A DNA stretch of 58,286 nt from Corallococcus sp. AB011P (GTDB lineage Bacteria; Myxococcota; Myxococcia; Myxococcales; Myxococcaceae), in NCBI RefSeq assembly GCF_003611605.1, contig NZ_RAVX01000011.1:196811-255096 (forward strand), written 5' to 3'. The stretch's first letter is position 1; each line of letters starts with the position of its first letter. Shown here piece after piece: positions 1-10,398 of the stretch. The translations under genes were made by a program, and so were the position numbers. The notes beneath the pieces are model-generated. The model worked only from the letters and a program-made list of their open reading frames with translations. It made no database searches and was not told the origin of the DNA.

Positions 1-3000
1 TTCTGCTTCAGCGAGCCCAGCTGCACCAGGTCCTCCACGCGAGGCACCGAGGCCAGCGTGGCCACGGCGGACGGCGCGGGCTTACCGAGGACCGCGCGGC
101 CGTCCGTGCTCGGCTTGGGCACCGGATCCGTGGCGAGGAAGGGCACGCGCGACAGCTTCGCCACCAGGCCCGGAGGCAGCGTGTCCGTGACGACGAGGAC
201 GCCCGCGCCTCCGCCCCCGCCGCCCGCGTGGCGCACGGTGTTGCCGCGCACCACCGTCTCGCCTCGCCAGTCGATGGCCACCTCGTGGAGCACCGCCTGC
301 GGCAGCGTGTTGCCGCTCTCCAGGAAGACGTTGCCCTTCACCACCAGCTCGCCGGAGCCCACGAAGGAGGCCACCGCCTGGCCCAGTCCGGGCTCGCCCG
401 CCGTGGGCAGGCCCGCGCAGGCGAAGAGGTGGTTGTCGGAGACCACCGTCACGGACAGGTCCGGCAAGAGCCGCAGGCCCGCCACCGCGCAGCCCTCCAG
501 CCGGTTGCCGTCCACGTCCAGCAGCGAGCCCGGATCCGTCGGTGCCTCCGTCAGCAGGTGGCCCGCCGCGCCCAGGGCGGTGATGCCGGTGGCGGTGTCG
601 CGCACGGTGTTGTCCGCCAGCCGCACGCGGCCCTGCACGCCGGACACGAAGAGGCCGTCCGCGGGCGACGGGAAGGTGTCGAAGACGGGGTCCACCAGGT
701 CTCCGGGGTCCGGCGCCTCGCCGCGCGCCAGCTGCTCCAGCGACTTGCGCAGCATGTCCAGGATGGCGTCCAGCGCCTGCATGCCGGTGACGACGGCGAC
801 GAGCGACGCGGAGACCTTGTCGGCGCGCTGGCGCAGGTACTCCTGGAGCCTCGCGACTCGCGACGCGTCGTCCTCGGCGGGGTCCAGGGCCTGCTCCACG
901 GCGCGCAGCAGGACCGCGGCGGCGTCCAGTTCGGCCGTCACCGCGCTGGATCTGGCGACGGCCTCCGCGGCGGTGGTGGCGGGCTCGTCCACCAGCAGGT
1001 GCAGGGCCTGACGCGCGGGCACGTCGCCGTTGCCGCTGGTGAGCGCGGTGATGGCGTCGTTCACGCGCTGGAGCGCCAGCGTGCGGAGCTTCCCCTGGAC
1101 GCCCGCGATGTCCAGCACGCGGTCGTACTGGGAGAGGTAGAGCTGCAACGAGCCGCTGAGCACCGGCCCCGGCGCCATGCCGCGCACCGCCAGCACCAAC
1201 GCGCCCAGGGCGGAGACCCAGCGCTCCAGCGGCTCCGCCTGCACCGGCACGGGCGGTAGGGGCGTGGGCACCGGGAGCACGTCCAGCGTCTGCACCCGGA
1301 TGCGGTCCAGCAGTCCCCGGGCGATGGACACCTGCTCCAACCGATTCTGCGGCTGGGCGATGGCGTTGATCACCGCCTGGTGCGCCTGCAACGAGAGCGC
1401 GGACAGCTCCGCGTCGCCGCTCACCAGCTCGCCCAGCTGTCCCACCGCGGTGCCGAAGGCGCGCAGCTGCTTCTCCACCGTGTCGTCGGACTCGGTGACG
1501 AGGCCCGCCGCCTGCCGGTCCAGATTCGTGGCGTACAGGCCGATGGTGGCGGTGAGCCCCTGCGCCGCGACGCGCGCGCCGTCCTCCGGCGTGACGTCCG
1601 ACGAGGGCAGGACGCCGGTGGTGAAGTCCAGCACCTGCTGGAGCGTGGCGCGCATGCGGTCCACCACCGGCTGCAGCTGGCCGCCCGTGCGCTCCACGTC
1701 GCGGTAGTCCGCCTCCACCTGCGAGGCCAGCGCGGGGTGGAGCTCCTGGAGTTGATCCGTCAGGGCGTCCTTGGACGTGCGCAGCTGCACGAGCACGTCC
1801 GTGTTGGCCGTCGCGCCCCGGGTGCCCGGCTGGAGCGGCAGCTGTTGCAACGCGGCCTGGGCGAAGGTGCCGATGATGGTCTTCTTGGGGCCCACCGCCT
1901 GGCCGATGACGGGCTGCCGCGCGCGCTGCGCCTGCGCCTCGCGCAGCAGAGCCACCTGGCTCAACGCCCCCGCCAGCATGACGATCGCGGCCAGGTCACC
2001 CGGCCCGCCCTGCACCCGGGCCAGGGCCTTGAGGAGGAAATCCTGCGTGTCGGAGGGCAGCCCCTGCACCAGCGAGTCGAAGGCGCCCTTGATGCGGTCC
2101 GCGGTGCTCGCCACGGCGTCCTTGCCGGACACGGTGGCCAGGTCGAACTGCGCCACCATGTCCCACGCCTCCTGGGACACAGGCTCCGGGGCGGTGAAGC
2201 TGGAGGCGCGCGCCAGCGACGAGCGCACCGCGTGCGAGGTCTGGGTGTGATCGTTGAAGCCCTGGGCGGTACGCAGATCCGCCACGTCCGTCACCAGCGC
2301 ATTGAGGACGGAGTCGGGCACGGTCCCCAGGTCCTCCAGCTCCACCACCAGGGTGTCGAGCGGGCCGTACAGGCCCCGGCCGATCTTCTGGCGCCCGTCC
2401 ACGTTCGCGCCCGTGTACTGCAAGAGGGTGCCGTACATGCCCACCACGGCGCCGTGCACGTCCGCGCGCTCCGGGCGGACGGTGGTGCTCGTGACACTGA
2501 GTTGCTGGAGCACCACGGTGATGGGCGGCAGCTTCACGGGCCCTGGCACCGGCGGCGGCTGCGTCGTCGTCACCGGCGCGTGCACGCCGTCCACCTCGTT
2601 GCCCTCCACGGTGATGCCGGAGCCGGACACCACCGCGATGCCCGCCGCGCGCACCTCCGCGTCCGGGAGCCCGGGCGCGCCGTAGGCCTCCGTCCGCCCC
2701 ACCTGGAGCAGCCGGTTGCCGCGCACCTGCGCCTCGTCCACGCCCGAGAGCACCACCGCGCCCCGGAGCGTCAGGCGCTCCAGCCAGCGCAGCGCCGCGT
2801 CCAGGGGGGCGCGCACGCGGGTCGTGGCGTTGGCGAGGAGCGCTTCCACGAGTGGGCGGGGACGGGCCTTCGCGTCCGCGCTCAGCACTGCCTCCAGGCC
2901 CGGGTCCAGGCGGGACAGCGCCAGCGTGTTGTCCTCCTGCGACGGCACGTCCGCGAGCGCCACCTGTTCGAAGCGGTTGTCCTCCACGCGCAGGCGCCCC

Positions 3001-6000
3001 ACCGCGCCGCCCGTGCCCCAGGTGCGCACGGCCGAGTCCCCCAGCGCGCGCACCACGTTGCCTCGGATGCGCACGTCGAACACCGGCTGCGGACCGCCCA
3101 GCAGGATGCCAAAGCCCGGTGTGGACTCGCCGTCTCCCTCGATGCGGTTGTCCACCACCTCCACGTCCGAGGCGGGGCGGCCGTTGGACGCGCCGTCATC
3201 CAGGCCGTCGCCCACGACGATGCCGGCCACCACGCCCAGCACGGACGCGGCGGGCACGGCCGGCAGGGAGATCCACGACTCGCGCACGCGCAGCGCCCGG
3301 CCCGCCAGCTGGATGCCCACCTGGAACAGGCTGTCCGACACGGCGTTGCGGATCTCGTTGCCCACGATGTCCACGCCGTCGCCCGCGACCTGGATGCCCA
3401 CGGCCGCGGAGCCGAGGATCTGATTCTCCGCCACCACCACGCGGTCCACCGGCCCCGCGAGCCCCCCTTCCGCCAGGTCCTGCACCAGGATGCCCACGAG
3501 GAAGCCCTGGATGCGGTTGCCGCGCACCTCCACGCCCGCGAGGAGCCCGTCCGCCACGTGGATGCCCGTGGTCGCGTCTCCCAGCGGCTCAAGCCGGTTG
3601 TTGGTGATGGCCAGCGCGTCCACGAACAGGCCCGCGCGCGGGAAGGACGCGAGGAAGCGCTCCGCGAGATACGGGGCATACGGCGCCACCGCGATGCCTG
3701 TCGCCGCGCCGACGCGGTTCTCGTCGATGACGATGCGCTCGCAGGTGCCCGTCACCAGCACGCCTGTCGCCTCCGAGCCGGCCTGGTTCGCCTGGATGTG
3801 GCAGCGGCGCAGCGTCACGCCGCTGGAGTCCGCCAGCGTCACCACGCCGTGCGGCAGCGCCGCCAGCGCGTCGAGCAGCGGCTTCGCCTCCGGCACGTCC
3901 TCCAGTGGCTGGCCTGGATGCTGGCGTTGAAGCTTGCGCAGTTGCACCAGCGTGGCCACCACGGAACCCGCCGCGCGGCCCTGGCCCGGGACGATGGCCT
4001 TGATGCGGTCGACGACCACGTCCACGAAGTCGGCTTCGGCGGACGGGTGCTTCACGTCGTCCTCCTCCAGCACCCGGTCGTCGTCCACCTCCGCCAGCGG
4101 CACGAAGCGCTGGCCGTTCGTCAAGGCCACGCTCGCCTTCACGGCCTTCACCACGGGCTGGAGGCCGCCGCCAATCACCACGTCCTCGAAGGGAGCCTCC
4201 ACCAGCTTGAAGTCCTCGATGCGCACGTCGCCGTCCAGGCCGCAGCGGTCCACGAAGAAGGCTCCGCCGGAGCCCTGGGTGCGCAGCTCGGTGGCCTCGC
4301 CGTCGCCCAGGAGGTGCACGGAGGACAGGTTGCGCAGCAGCACCGGGTGCTCCAACTTGTAGCGGCCGGCTCGCACGAAGATGGAGCCGCCCTGCCCGCC
4401 CATGCTGTCCACTGCGGCCTGGAGCGCCTCGTCGCCGGTGATGCCTTCGAGCAGGTCCTGGTCCACGTCGCCGAAGCTGCGCACGCCGTCGCCCACCACC
4501 ACCGTGAAGACACCCGGGCCGATGACACGCTCGGAGAGCTCCACCAATCTGTCTCGCACCTGGGCGAGCGGCAGGTAGCGCGGGCGCAGGTCCTCGAAGC
4601 TTCGCGTCGCGCCGCCTGTTACGCGCGCCAGTGGCACGCAGTGGTGCACCGGGCCGTGCACGGGCGCGTCCGTGAGCTGCTCGACTTCCCCCCGGGCCGC
4701 GCCGTCCGCCGCGCGCACTCGCACGGTGAAGGACCAGTATTCGGTCGCGCGCCCTTCCGTGTTGGCGAAGGCCAGGGTGATGCCGTCGTCGAAGCGGTAG
4801 CGCACGCCGGGCACCAGCAGGTCGCCGCCGTCCCACCGGCGCACCACCGCGCCCTGCTCCGGACTGAAGGCCCGGCCCAGCGTGCCTCCCACGGGGAGCG
4901 GCACGGGGTCGGTGGTGAGCACGGCGCTCGCGTCCGCCAGCTCCAGCGTGCCCGTGTCCGCCTGGACGCCTCGCAGCCTCCGCAGCACTGGCAGTGATGG
5001 GCCTTCCGGCTGGAGCCGGGTGACGCTGTCCTCGATGACGACGAGGTCACCCGCGCGCAGCTTCGCGGCGCTCGCGGGGGAGACCTGGAGCGTCATCGCG
5101 TCCGCCGCCGCGGCTGCGGTGAGCGGGAGCACCGTGGAGCCGTTGTCTCGCGACCACAGCACCACCGGCTGCGCGCCGCCCCGGAAGAACTCCACGCGGA
5201 AGTGGAGGTTGTCGGAGCCCGTGTAGCCTTCGCCCGTGGAGGCGTTCTCCGTGGACAGGCAGCGGTCGCGGCAGGGGTCCAGCGGCTCCGGTGGGAAGCG
5301 GTCCGGCAGCGCGCCCTTCGGGATGTTGGTTGTGAGGCGTGCGCCGCTGGTGGGCGTGGGCAGGTCTTCCGCGTCGGTTGCGGCCAGCCCCTGGAGCGCG
5401 CGCACCTGGGTGACGAGCCGCAGGCGCACGGTGGTGTCCTGGCCGTCCAGCGCGGGCTCCTCCAGGAACGCGTCGTCGTACTGGGTGGTGGTCTGCTCCC
5501 AGCAGTCGAGGAAGAAGAAGTGGTGCCGCGAGCCGTCCGTGGGCAGCGCCGCCAGCGGAGGCGCCTCTGGCAGGTCCGGCTGCGCGGAGTAGCGCAGGTC
5601 CTGCTCCAGGAAGACGCGCACGCCGTCGAGCAGCATGCGGCCCGCGCCCGGCAGCGTCCCGTCACCGCCTCTTATAATGATATCGGCGCCCAGCGCCGCG
5701 TCCTCCACGCGCAGCGCGGCCACCCACGTGCGGGCCACGGGCGGCAGGCCCAGCACTCCCCAGGAGCTCAGCTTCGCCGGGTCCACGCTCGCGAACGCGG
5801 CGACGGGGAAGCGCACGTCGTTCCAGCCCGTGGGTCGCTGGCCCAGACCGGCGGAGAGGACCGTCTCGTTCCCTTCCGTGTCCGCGACGACCACTTGCAG
5901 GTCGATGAACTCATCGTCGGTGGGCGGCCGTTCGAAGCGCAAGCTGATGACGAGCGCGGAGGCGGTGAAGGCGGTGCCGTCCGAGCGCGGCACGGCCGTG

Positions 6001-6380
6001 AGATCCAACGGCGCGGGCAGCGTGCGGCGCAGCGCGACGTGGCCCCGGCTGCGCACCACGAAGGGCAGCGTCTCCGTGTCGTAGCGGTCCAGGCGCAGCT
6101 CGCGCGGGATGGTGCGCTCGTCGTCCGCGGGCAGGCCCTGCCCCGTCCAGCCGAGCACGTTGCGGATGGGGTCCACGAGGTACGTGTCGACGATGCGGAA
6201 GCCATCATCGGGCGAGCCCTCGGCGACGTCGGCGGAGCGGCGGCGCGCGTCCACGGTGCGCAGCCGCACCTCCTCGTTCCAGTCGGCGTCGAGGCTCATG
6301 CGCCCCATCTGCTGATAGACGCCAGAGAATCGCCGGGCTTCGTCGAAGCGGGACCTGGAGGTGTACGCTTTCACGGTCAT
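1..6380 (-). CDS. Giant parallel beta-helix repeat protein; tail-fibre or host-recognition candidate and last visible gene of the tail-like operon. At least 2126 aa; the C-terminus lies beyond the window start.
   Basis: The minus-strand frame is open from the ATG at 6380..6378 (MTVKAYTSRSRFDEARRFSGVYQQMGRMSLDADWNEE...) to position 1. It is missing from the ORF track only because there is no stop codon in the window. Codon third positions are almost all G/C; for example the reverse complement of 1..41 reads RVEDLVQLGSLKQ. The long plus-strand ORFs over this region (1380..4997, 228..1259, 5202..6575) have G/C at codon position 1 and an R/H/Q/A-rich composition, so they are antisense shadows. 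The protein carries many V-x-x-N-x-I/L and G-x-x-V-x-G repeats (VDNRIEGDG, VEDNRFEQV, VEGNEVDGV) typical of right-handed beta-helix (PbH1) proteins. Its start overlaps the stop of the upstream gene (ATGA at 6377..6380). Confidence 0.6.
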   Translation of the reverse strand, partial: MTVKAYTSRSRFDEARRFSGVYQQMGRMSLDADWNEEVRLRTVDARRRSADVAEGSPDDGFRIVDTYLVDPIRNVLGWTGQGLPADDERTIPRELRLDRYDTETLPFVVRSRGHVALRRTLPAPLDLTAVPRSDGTAFTASALVISLRFERPPTDDEFIDLQVVVADTEGNETVLSAGLGQRPTGWNDVRFPVAAFASVDPAKLSSWGVLGLPPVARTWVAALRVEDAALGADIIIRGGDGTLPGAGRMLLDGVRVFLEQDLRYSAQPDLPEAPPLAALPTDGSRHHFFFLDCWEQTTTQYDDAFLEEPALDGQDTTVRLRLVTQVRALQGLAATDAEDLPTPTSGARLTTNIPKGALPDRFPPEPLDPCRDRCLSTENASTGEGYTGSDNLHFRVEFFRGGAQPVVLWSRDNGSTVLPLTAAAAADAMTLQVSPASAAKLRAGDLVVIEDSVTRLQPEGPSLPVLRRLRGVQADTGTLELADASAVLTTDPVPLPVGGTLGRAFSPEQGAVVRRWDGGDLLVPGVRYRFDDGITLAFANTEGRATEYWSFTVRVRAADGAARGEVEQLTDAPVHGPVHHCVPLARVTGGATRSFEDLRPRYLPLAQVRDRLVELSERVIGPGVFTVVVGDGVRSFGDVDQDLLEGITGDEALQAAVDSMGGQGGSIFVRAGRYKLEHPVLLRNLSSVHLLGDGEATELRTQGSGGAFFVDRCGLDGDVRIEDFKLVEAPFEDVVIGGGLQPVVKAVKASVALTNGQRFVPLAEVDDDRVLEEDDVKHPSAEADFVDVVVDRIKAIVPGQGRAAGSVVATLVQLRKLQRQHPGQPLEDVPEAKPLLDALAALPHGVVTLADSSGVTLRRCHIQANQAGSEATGVLVTGTCERIVIDENRVGAATGIAVAPYAPYLAERFLASFPRAGLFVDALAITNNRLEPLGDATTGIHVADGLLAGVEVRGNRIQGFLVGILVQDLAEGGLAGPVDRVVVAENQILGSAAVGIQVAGDGVDIVGNEIRNAVSDSLFQVGIQLAGRALRVRESWISLPAVPAASVLGVVAGIVVGDGLDDGASNGRPASDVEVVDNRIEGDGESTPGFGILLGGPQPVFDVRIRGNVVRALGDSAVRTWGTGGAVGRLRVEDNRFEQVALADVPSQEDNTLALSRLDPGLEAVLSADAKARPRPLVEALLANATTRVRAPLDAALRWLERLTLRGAVVLSGVDEAQVRGNRLLQVGRTEAYGAPGLPDAEVRAAGIAVVSGSGITVEGNEVDGVHAPVTTTQPPPVPGPVKLPPITVVLQQLSVTSTTVRPERADVHGAVVGMYGTLLQYTGANVDGRQKIGRGLYGPLDTLVVELEDLGTVPDSVLNALVTDVADLRTAQGFNDHTQTSHAVRSSLARASSFTAPEPVSQEAWDMVAQFDLATVSGKDAVASTADRIKGAFDSLVQGLPSDTQDFLLKALARVQGGPGDLAAIVMLAGALSQVALLREAQAQRARQPVIGQAVGPKKTIIGTFAQAALQQLPLQPGTRGATANTDVLVQLRTSKDALTDQLQELHPALASQVEADYRDVERTGGQLQPVVDRMRATLQQVLDFTTGVLPSSDVTPEDGARVAAQGLTATIGLYATNLDRQAAGLVTESDDTVEKQLRAFGTAVGQLGELVSGDAELSALSLQAHQAVINAIAQPQNRLEQVSIARGLLDRIRVQTLDVLPVPTPLPPVPVQAEPLERWVSALGALVLAVRGMAPGPVLSGSLQLYLSQYDRVLDIAGVQGKLRTLALQRVNDAITALTSGNGDVPARQALHLLVDEPATTAAEAVARSSAVTAELDAAAVLLRAVEQALDPAEDDASRVARLQEYLRQRADKVSASLVAVVTGMQALDAILDMLRKSLEQLARGEAPDPGDLVDPVFDTFPSPADGLFVSGVQGRVRLADNTVRDTATGITALGAAGHLLTEAPTDPGSLLDVDGNRLEGCAVAGLRLLPDLSVTVVSDNHLFACAGLPTAGEPGLGQAVASFVGSGELVVKGNVFLESGNTLPQAVLHEVAIDWRGETVVRGNTVRHAGGGGGGAGVLVVTDTLPPGLVAKLSRVPFLATDPVPKPSTDGRAVLGKPAPSAVATLASVPRVEDLVQLGSLKQ

Positions 6381-9300
6381 GGTCGGCTCATCCGGACGAG
6401 GTCGTCCTGGCTGCGGTCGGCGTGGAAGGGCGTGATGCCAATGGGCATGCTGTCGTCGGTGCGCGCCTGGAGTTCGCGCTCGTGGTTGGAGCGCTCGTCG
6501 TGGGCACCGGGGACTCCGCCGCGCTCGGAGGCGTGGAGCGCTTCGGGGCCGTTGTTGTCGCCCAGGACGAGGTAGCCCGGGTCCGTCTGGCGGTTCGACT
6601 GGAAGGACACGGTGTGCACCCGCGACTGGTGCGACACCGGAGGCTGTCCACCGCGCGCGAGGAGGCTGTAGCGCAGCCAGCCCAGGTCCGGCCGGTCCGT
6701 GCGCACCTCGCCCGCGAAGGCGCAGGAGGACGCCTCCAGCACGCCCGCCTCCGTGGCGCCCAGCACCGTGCAGTGCCGCAGCCGAACGCTCGCGCCCGCC
6801 GCGCGGATGGCGACGGCGTCACGGTCCCCCGCGTCGAAGGTGCAGCCCGCGGCGATGAGGTGCACCCAGGGCGGCAGCTCGATGGCGCCCACCATGCAGC
6901 CGTAGAGGCGCAGCTCCACATCAGCGGGAGGCAGGGAGCGCCGCGCGCTGATGTCCTGGTGCCCACCGCCGGGCATCCACAGTCCCACCTGTCCGGGCGC
7001 GCCCAGGCTGCACCAGCGCAGGTCCGCTTGCCCCCGAGCGAGCACCAGGTCCAGCCGTCCCGCGAGCCACAGGCCCGCGAGCCACACACGCGTGGCCGCG
7101 CTGCCTCCGAAGCCCGGGTAGAGCGCCAGCGAGAGGCCGTGCTCGTCCGCGCCGATGCAGGGCACCGCGCCCGTGTCCGCGGCGAAGAGGGACAGCCCGT
7201 AGTCCAGCCCCTGTGACAGGCGCTCCGGAGCCAGACGCGGCGAACCGATGAGGCCCAGAATCGGCGGCGATCCGGCTGGGCTCTCTTCTGCGAGGTTCGC
7301 GATATCCGGCGGCACCTGACCTTCAGTCGCGACCACCGAGGACGCGCCGGAGTCGAGACCTTGTGCGCCGACCGAGCCGATGGGTCGCGCCTGGCCTCCA
7401 GTCGCCAGCACCACGGACGCGCCGGAGTCGAGACCTTGCTCGATGGTCGCGACGATGGGCCGCTCCTGGCCTCCGGCCGCCAGCACTCCGCCCGCGCGCT
7501 CCGGGGAGATCCACGCGGTGACAGGGAGGCCGGTGCTGGAGCGGTCGCCAGGACGGTCCGGTGGGTCGATGAATGGGAAGTCCGGCTCCGCCCACGCCGC
7601 GGGCGGACGGCGGTCCGGCGGAAGCAGCCCCGCTCCCAATGAGGCGCCCCGCCCTACCCGCGCGGAGAGGGTGACGCGGCCCACGGGCGCGTCGTCCTGG
7701 AGCACGACGCGGCCCAGGCGCGGATCCACCGCGACGATGCCGGAGGCGATGCTCGGAGCGAGCGTCGTCCACGGGCCCAGGCTTCGCTGGCGCAACTGGA
7801 ACGGATGGCGCCGCAGCCGTCCGGGCACCGAGTAGCGCCGCGCGCCACCTGCGACGGAGGCATCCCGCGAGTGGTACGCGCCACCGGGCCGGGAATCGAG
7901 CGGGAGCGGCTGGCCCTCGCGAGGCTCGATGAACGCGGCGCCGTCGTTGGCGACGTTGAAGCGCAGGAGCTCATCCGGGAGCAGGGCCAGCTCTGGCAGG
8001 AACGCCAGGTAGCCGCGTCCGCCCAGTGAGAAGACGACCTCCGACGCGGGCAGCGGCGCCGGATCCACGAGGAGCACGCGACCATCGACGTACAGCGCTT
8101 CGCCCGGAACCGGCGGGTTCGAGCCCGAGGGCTCCAGCAGTCCCGCGACCCAGGCACCCTCGCCTGCCTTCAGCGTCATCCATTGAGGACGCGTCGTGTC
8201 CGCCCAGACAAGCGCCTCCACGCCGTCGGCGGTGGTGGTGGCCACGAGCGTGCCGGGCAGGTTCGCGGTGATGGGCAGCGGGGCCAGGGAACGCCAGACA
8301 GGGCTCGCGGAGGCCGGGTCGCAGGACATCACCGGCACGGCCAGTTCTCCCGTCACGGCCTCGCCGCCCAGGAGCATCAGTCCTTGCGCCGTGCTCAGCA
8401 GCGTCGCGGCCTTGCGCTCCTGGCGGTTGCGCACCGCATGGGGACGCCACGGTCCGCCCGTGACCGGCAGCGACCAGAGGTCTCCGGTGGGCGCGCCACC
8501 CAGGTCACCGCCAAAGACGAAGAGCCGGCCGCCGCGCACGCACAGGCTGGGGGCCAGTCGCGCCGCGGGCTGCCGGGGGCTCGTGGTGTCCAGCCGCGTC
8601 CCCGTCGGAGTCGCGGTGTCCAGGCCTGTCACCGACCACACACCCAGCTTCCCCGTACCGTCAGGTGCCACCAGCAACAGCGAGTCGCCAGCCGCGGCCA
8701 GGGACATACCGGGACCCTCCGGAGGCAACGCGCCGCTGAGCTCCGCCACCTGCCATGGCGCACCGTCGGCGCTCGCGTCGAAGCGGGCAAGGCGCAGGCT
8801 GCCGTCCGCGAGGTGTTGCTCGATGCGCGCGACCCATGCCGCACCGGCCAGGTCCACACGGACGGCGTTGCTGCGCGGAGGCCCCTGGCGCAGGCCCACG
8901 GCGAGGGTGCGCCACGTACCGTCCACGTCGCGCAGGCGCGGATCACCGCTCACGCGTTCGACGAGCAGCGCCGCCGTGGTGCCGCCCAGGAGCTGGTTCG
9001 CCTCCGGCGTGACGGTGACGGTGTTCAGGGCGTCCGACACCAGCTCGGTGGACAGGAGCACCGTGTCCGAGTTCTCACGCGCGGCGAGCAGCGTCAGTCG
9101 CCAGGTGTCTCCGGGCGAAGGCCTGCCCCGGTCCGCGAACCGCAGCGTGGGCGCGGGCCCCACGGGCGCGGTGGGCAGCGGTCCGCGCAGGAGCGGCAGG
9201 GCTTCCGGCCCCACCAGCGGAATGCCGTCGACGGAGACGGTGATGGCATCCGCGCGTTCGGCGGCGTCGGCGTCCTCGGCCAGCGCGGTGGGGGTGAGCA

Positions 9301-10168
9301 GCATCGCCGCCGTGCGTCCCGTGGCGAGCGACGGAGGCGCGGGCTCATGGCGCGCGGTGAGGCCTCCGGTGAGGTCCGCGCGCTCCAGGGGCTTGAGCCA
9401 CACCAGGGGACCATCGCGGTCCAGGGGATCCACGCGGAAACCCCGGTAGCCGTTGGGCAGCGCTTGCACGGTGGCTGGGGTGACGTCCTCCAACTCCACG
9501 GGCGTCAGGCGCGCGGTGCGGATGAGGGCGACGTCCGGACGTGCCCAGCCCAGCAGGTCCAGCGTGCGCGGCGTCGCGGCGACACGGCCCGCATCCGCGC
9601 TCCCCAACCGGCGCAAGGCCTGATCCAGCGTCTCTCCCGGCGCGATGCCAATGAAGGGGCCACGCTCCGGGACACCGTCGCGGGGACGCTCGATGCCAGG
9701 TGAGCGGCGGGTGAGCGGATCCGCGAGGCCGATGGGATCCCACATCACCGCGCTGCGACCGCGCCAGGGCAGCAGGTCATTGAGGTCCTGGGTCTCCAGC
9801 AGCGAACGGAAGGACTCGTCGACCTCCGCGTCCCAGAGGCTGGTGACGGAGAGCACCTCCTCCAGCGACGCGAGCGTGCCCTTCCGTCTGCGCCACGCCA
9901 CCGCGCGAGCCACCACGCCGCGCTGCACGCGAGGGTCGTCGGTGATCAGCCGTGCGCCCATCAACTCCGCGAGCAACGGCAGCGCCTGCGGGCCCGCGCG
10001 CTCCACGAAGTGATCATCCCAGAGCTGGTCCACCGCGCTCGCGAACGCGTCCAGTTCCATGCCCAGCACGGCGAGCAGCTTGAGGAGCGGCTGGTCCGCG
10101 AGCGTGGAGTCCCGCGCCGTGTAGAGGCCGGGGAGGAGCTGGAGCAGTCGCTGGGAGGGCCGGCTCAT
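6377..10168 (-). CDS. P2 gpI-like (Tail_P2_I family) baseplate or tail protein with Kelch-like repeats and a C-terminal beta-helix region (1263 aa).
   Basis: ORF 6377..10249. The start is chosen at the ATG at 10168 (MSRPSQRLLQLLPGLYTARDSTLADQPLLKLLAVLGMELDAFASAVDQLWDDHFVERAGPQALPLLAELMGA...RRKGTLASLEEVL). This N-terminus fits the LLP...LWD...LP.LA.l.G...kR...r.KGT pattern of phage P2 tail protein I. Further on come Kelch-like blades (GGRLFVFGGDLGG, LMLLGGEAV) and a C-terminus with IAAGCTFDAGDRDAVAIRAAGASVRL-type beta-helix motifs. Confidence 0.65.
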   Translation of the reverse strand: MSRPSQRLLQLLPGLYTARDSTLADQPLLKLLAVLGMELDAFASAVDQLWDDHFVERAGPQALPLLAELMGARLITDDPRVQRGVVARAVAWRRRKGTLASLEEVLSVTSLWDAEVDESFRSLLETQDLNDLLPWRGRSAVMWDPIGLADPLTRRSPGIERPRDGVPERGPFIGIAPGETLDQALRRLGSADAGRVAATPRTLDLLGWARPDVALIRTARLTPVELEDVTPATVQALPNGYRGFRVDPLDRDGPLVWLKPLERADLTGGLTARHEPAPPSLATGRTAAMLLTPTALAEDADAAERADAITVSVDGIPLVGPEALPLLRGPLPTAPVGPAPTLRFADRGRPSPGDTWRLTLLAARENSDTVLLSTELVSDALNTVTVTPEANQLLGGTTAALLVERVSGDPRLRDVDGTWRTLAVGLRQGPPRSNAVRVDLAGAAWVARIEQHLADGSLRLARFDASADGAPWQVAELSGALPPEGPGMSLAAAGDSLLLVAPDGTGKLGVWSVTGLDTATPTGTRLDTTSPRQPAARLAPSLCVRGGRLFVFGGDLGGAPTGDLWSLPVTGGPWRPHAVRNRQERKAATLLSTAQGLMLLGGEAVTGELAVPVMSCDPASASPVWRSLAPLPITANLPGTLVATTTADGVEALVWADTTRPQWMTLKAGEGAWVAGLLEPSGSNPPVPGEALYVDGRVLLVDPAPLPASEVVFSLGGRGYLAFLPELALLPDELLRFNVANDGAAFIEPREGQPLPLDSRPGGAYHSRDASVAGGARRYSVPGRLRRHPFQLRQRSLGPWTTLAPSIASGIVAVDPRLGRVVLQDDAPVGRVTLSARVGRGASLGAGLLPPDRRPPAAWAEPDFPFIDPPDRPGDRSSTGLPVTAWISPERAGGVLAAGGQERPIVATIEQGLDSGASVVLATGGQARPIGSVGAQGLDSGASSVVATEGQVPPDIANLAEESPAGSPPILGLIGSPRLAPERLSQGLDYGLSLFAADTGAVPCIGADEHGLSLALYPGFGGSAATRVWLAGLWLAGRLDLVLARGQADLRWCSLGAPGQVGLWMPGGGHQDISARRSLPPADVELRLYGCMVGAIELPPWVHLIAAGCTFDAGDRDAVAIRAAGASVRLRHCTVLGATEAGVLEASSCAFAGEVRTDRPDLGWLRYSLLARGGQPPVSHQSRVHTVSFQSNRQTDPGYLVLGDNNGPEALHASERGGVPGAHDERSNHERELQARTDDSMPIGITPFHADRSQDDLVRMSRP

Positions 10169-10373
10169 GGGGTCCGCACCTCCACGAGGAACAGCCTTGC
10201 GTCGCGGCCACGGGAGCCCGCCCTGACGCGGTGGCCGTCGGCCCTCCACGGCGAGGCATGGCTCAGAGGTCCCGAACTTCCTGTCGGACAGCTCAGCGCG
10301 TCATCCCCGCCATGGCGTCCCGCGCCAAGCCCCCGGACCTCAAGGCGGTCCCCCTCCCGCCCGGACCGCTCCC

Positions 10374-10398
10374 AACCTGTCCGACAGTCGGACAGGTT
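10374..10398. repeat. 25-bp near-perfect palindrome AACCTGTCCGACAGTCGGACAGGTT (arms of 11-12 bp).
   Basis: Read directly from the sequence. Its reverse complement is identical except for the central dinucleotide. Confidence 0.9.

Noticed and set aside
2852-3607. A Pro/Arg-rich 251-aa ORF and its overlapping partner at 2882..3679.
   Set aside because: These are alternative-frame artefacts inside the giant gene, which is typical of high-GC DNA.
1380-4997. A 1205-aa plus-strand ORF, together with its neighbours 228..1259 and 5202..6575.
   Set aside because: The composition is Arg/His/Gln/Ala/Leu-rich. G/C sits at codon position 1 rather than position 3. These are antisense shadows of the real minus-strand giant gene 1..6380.
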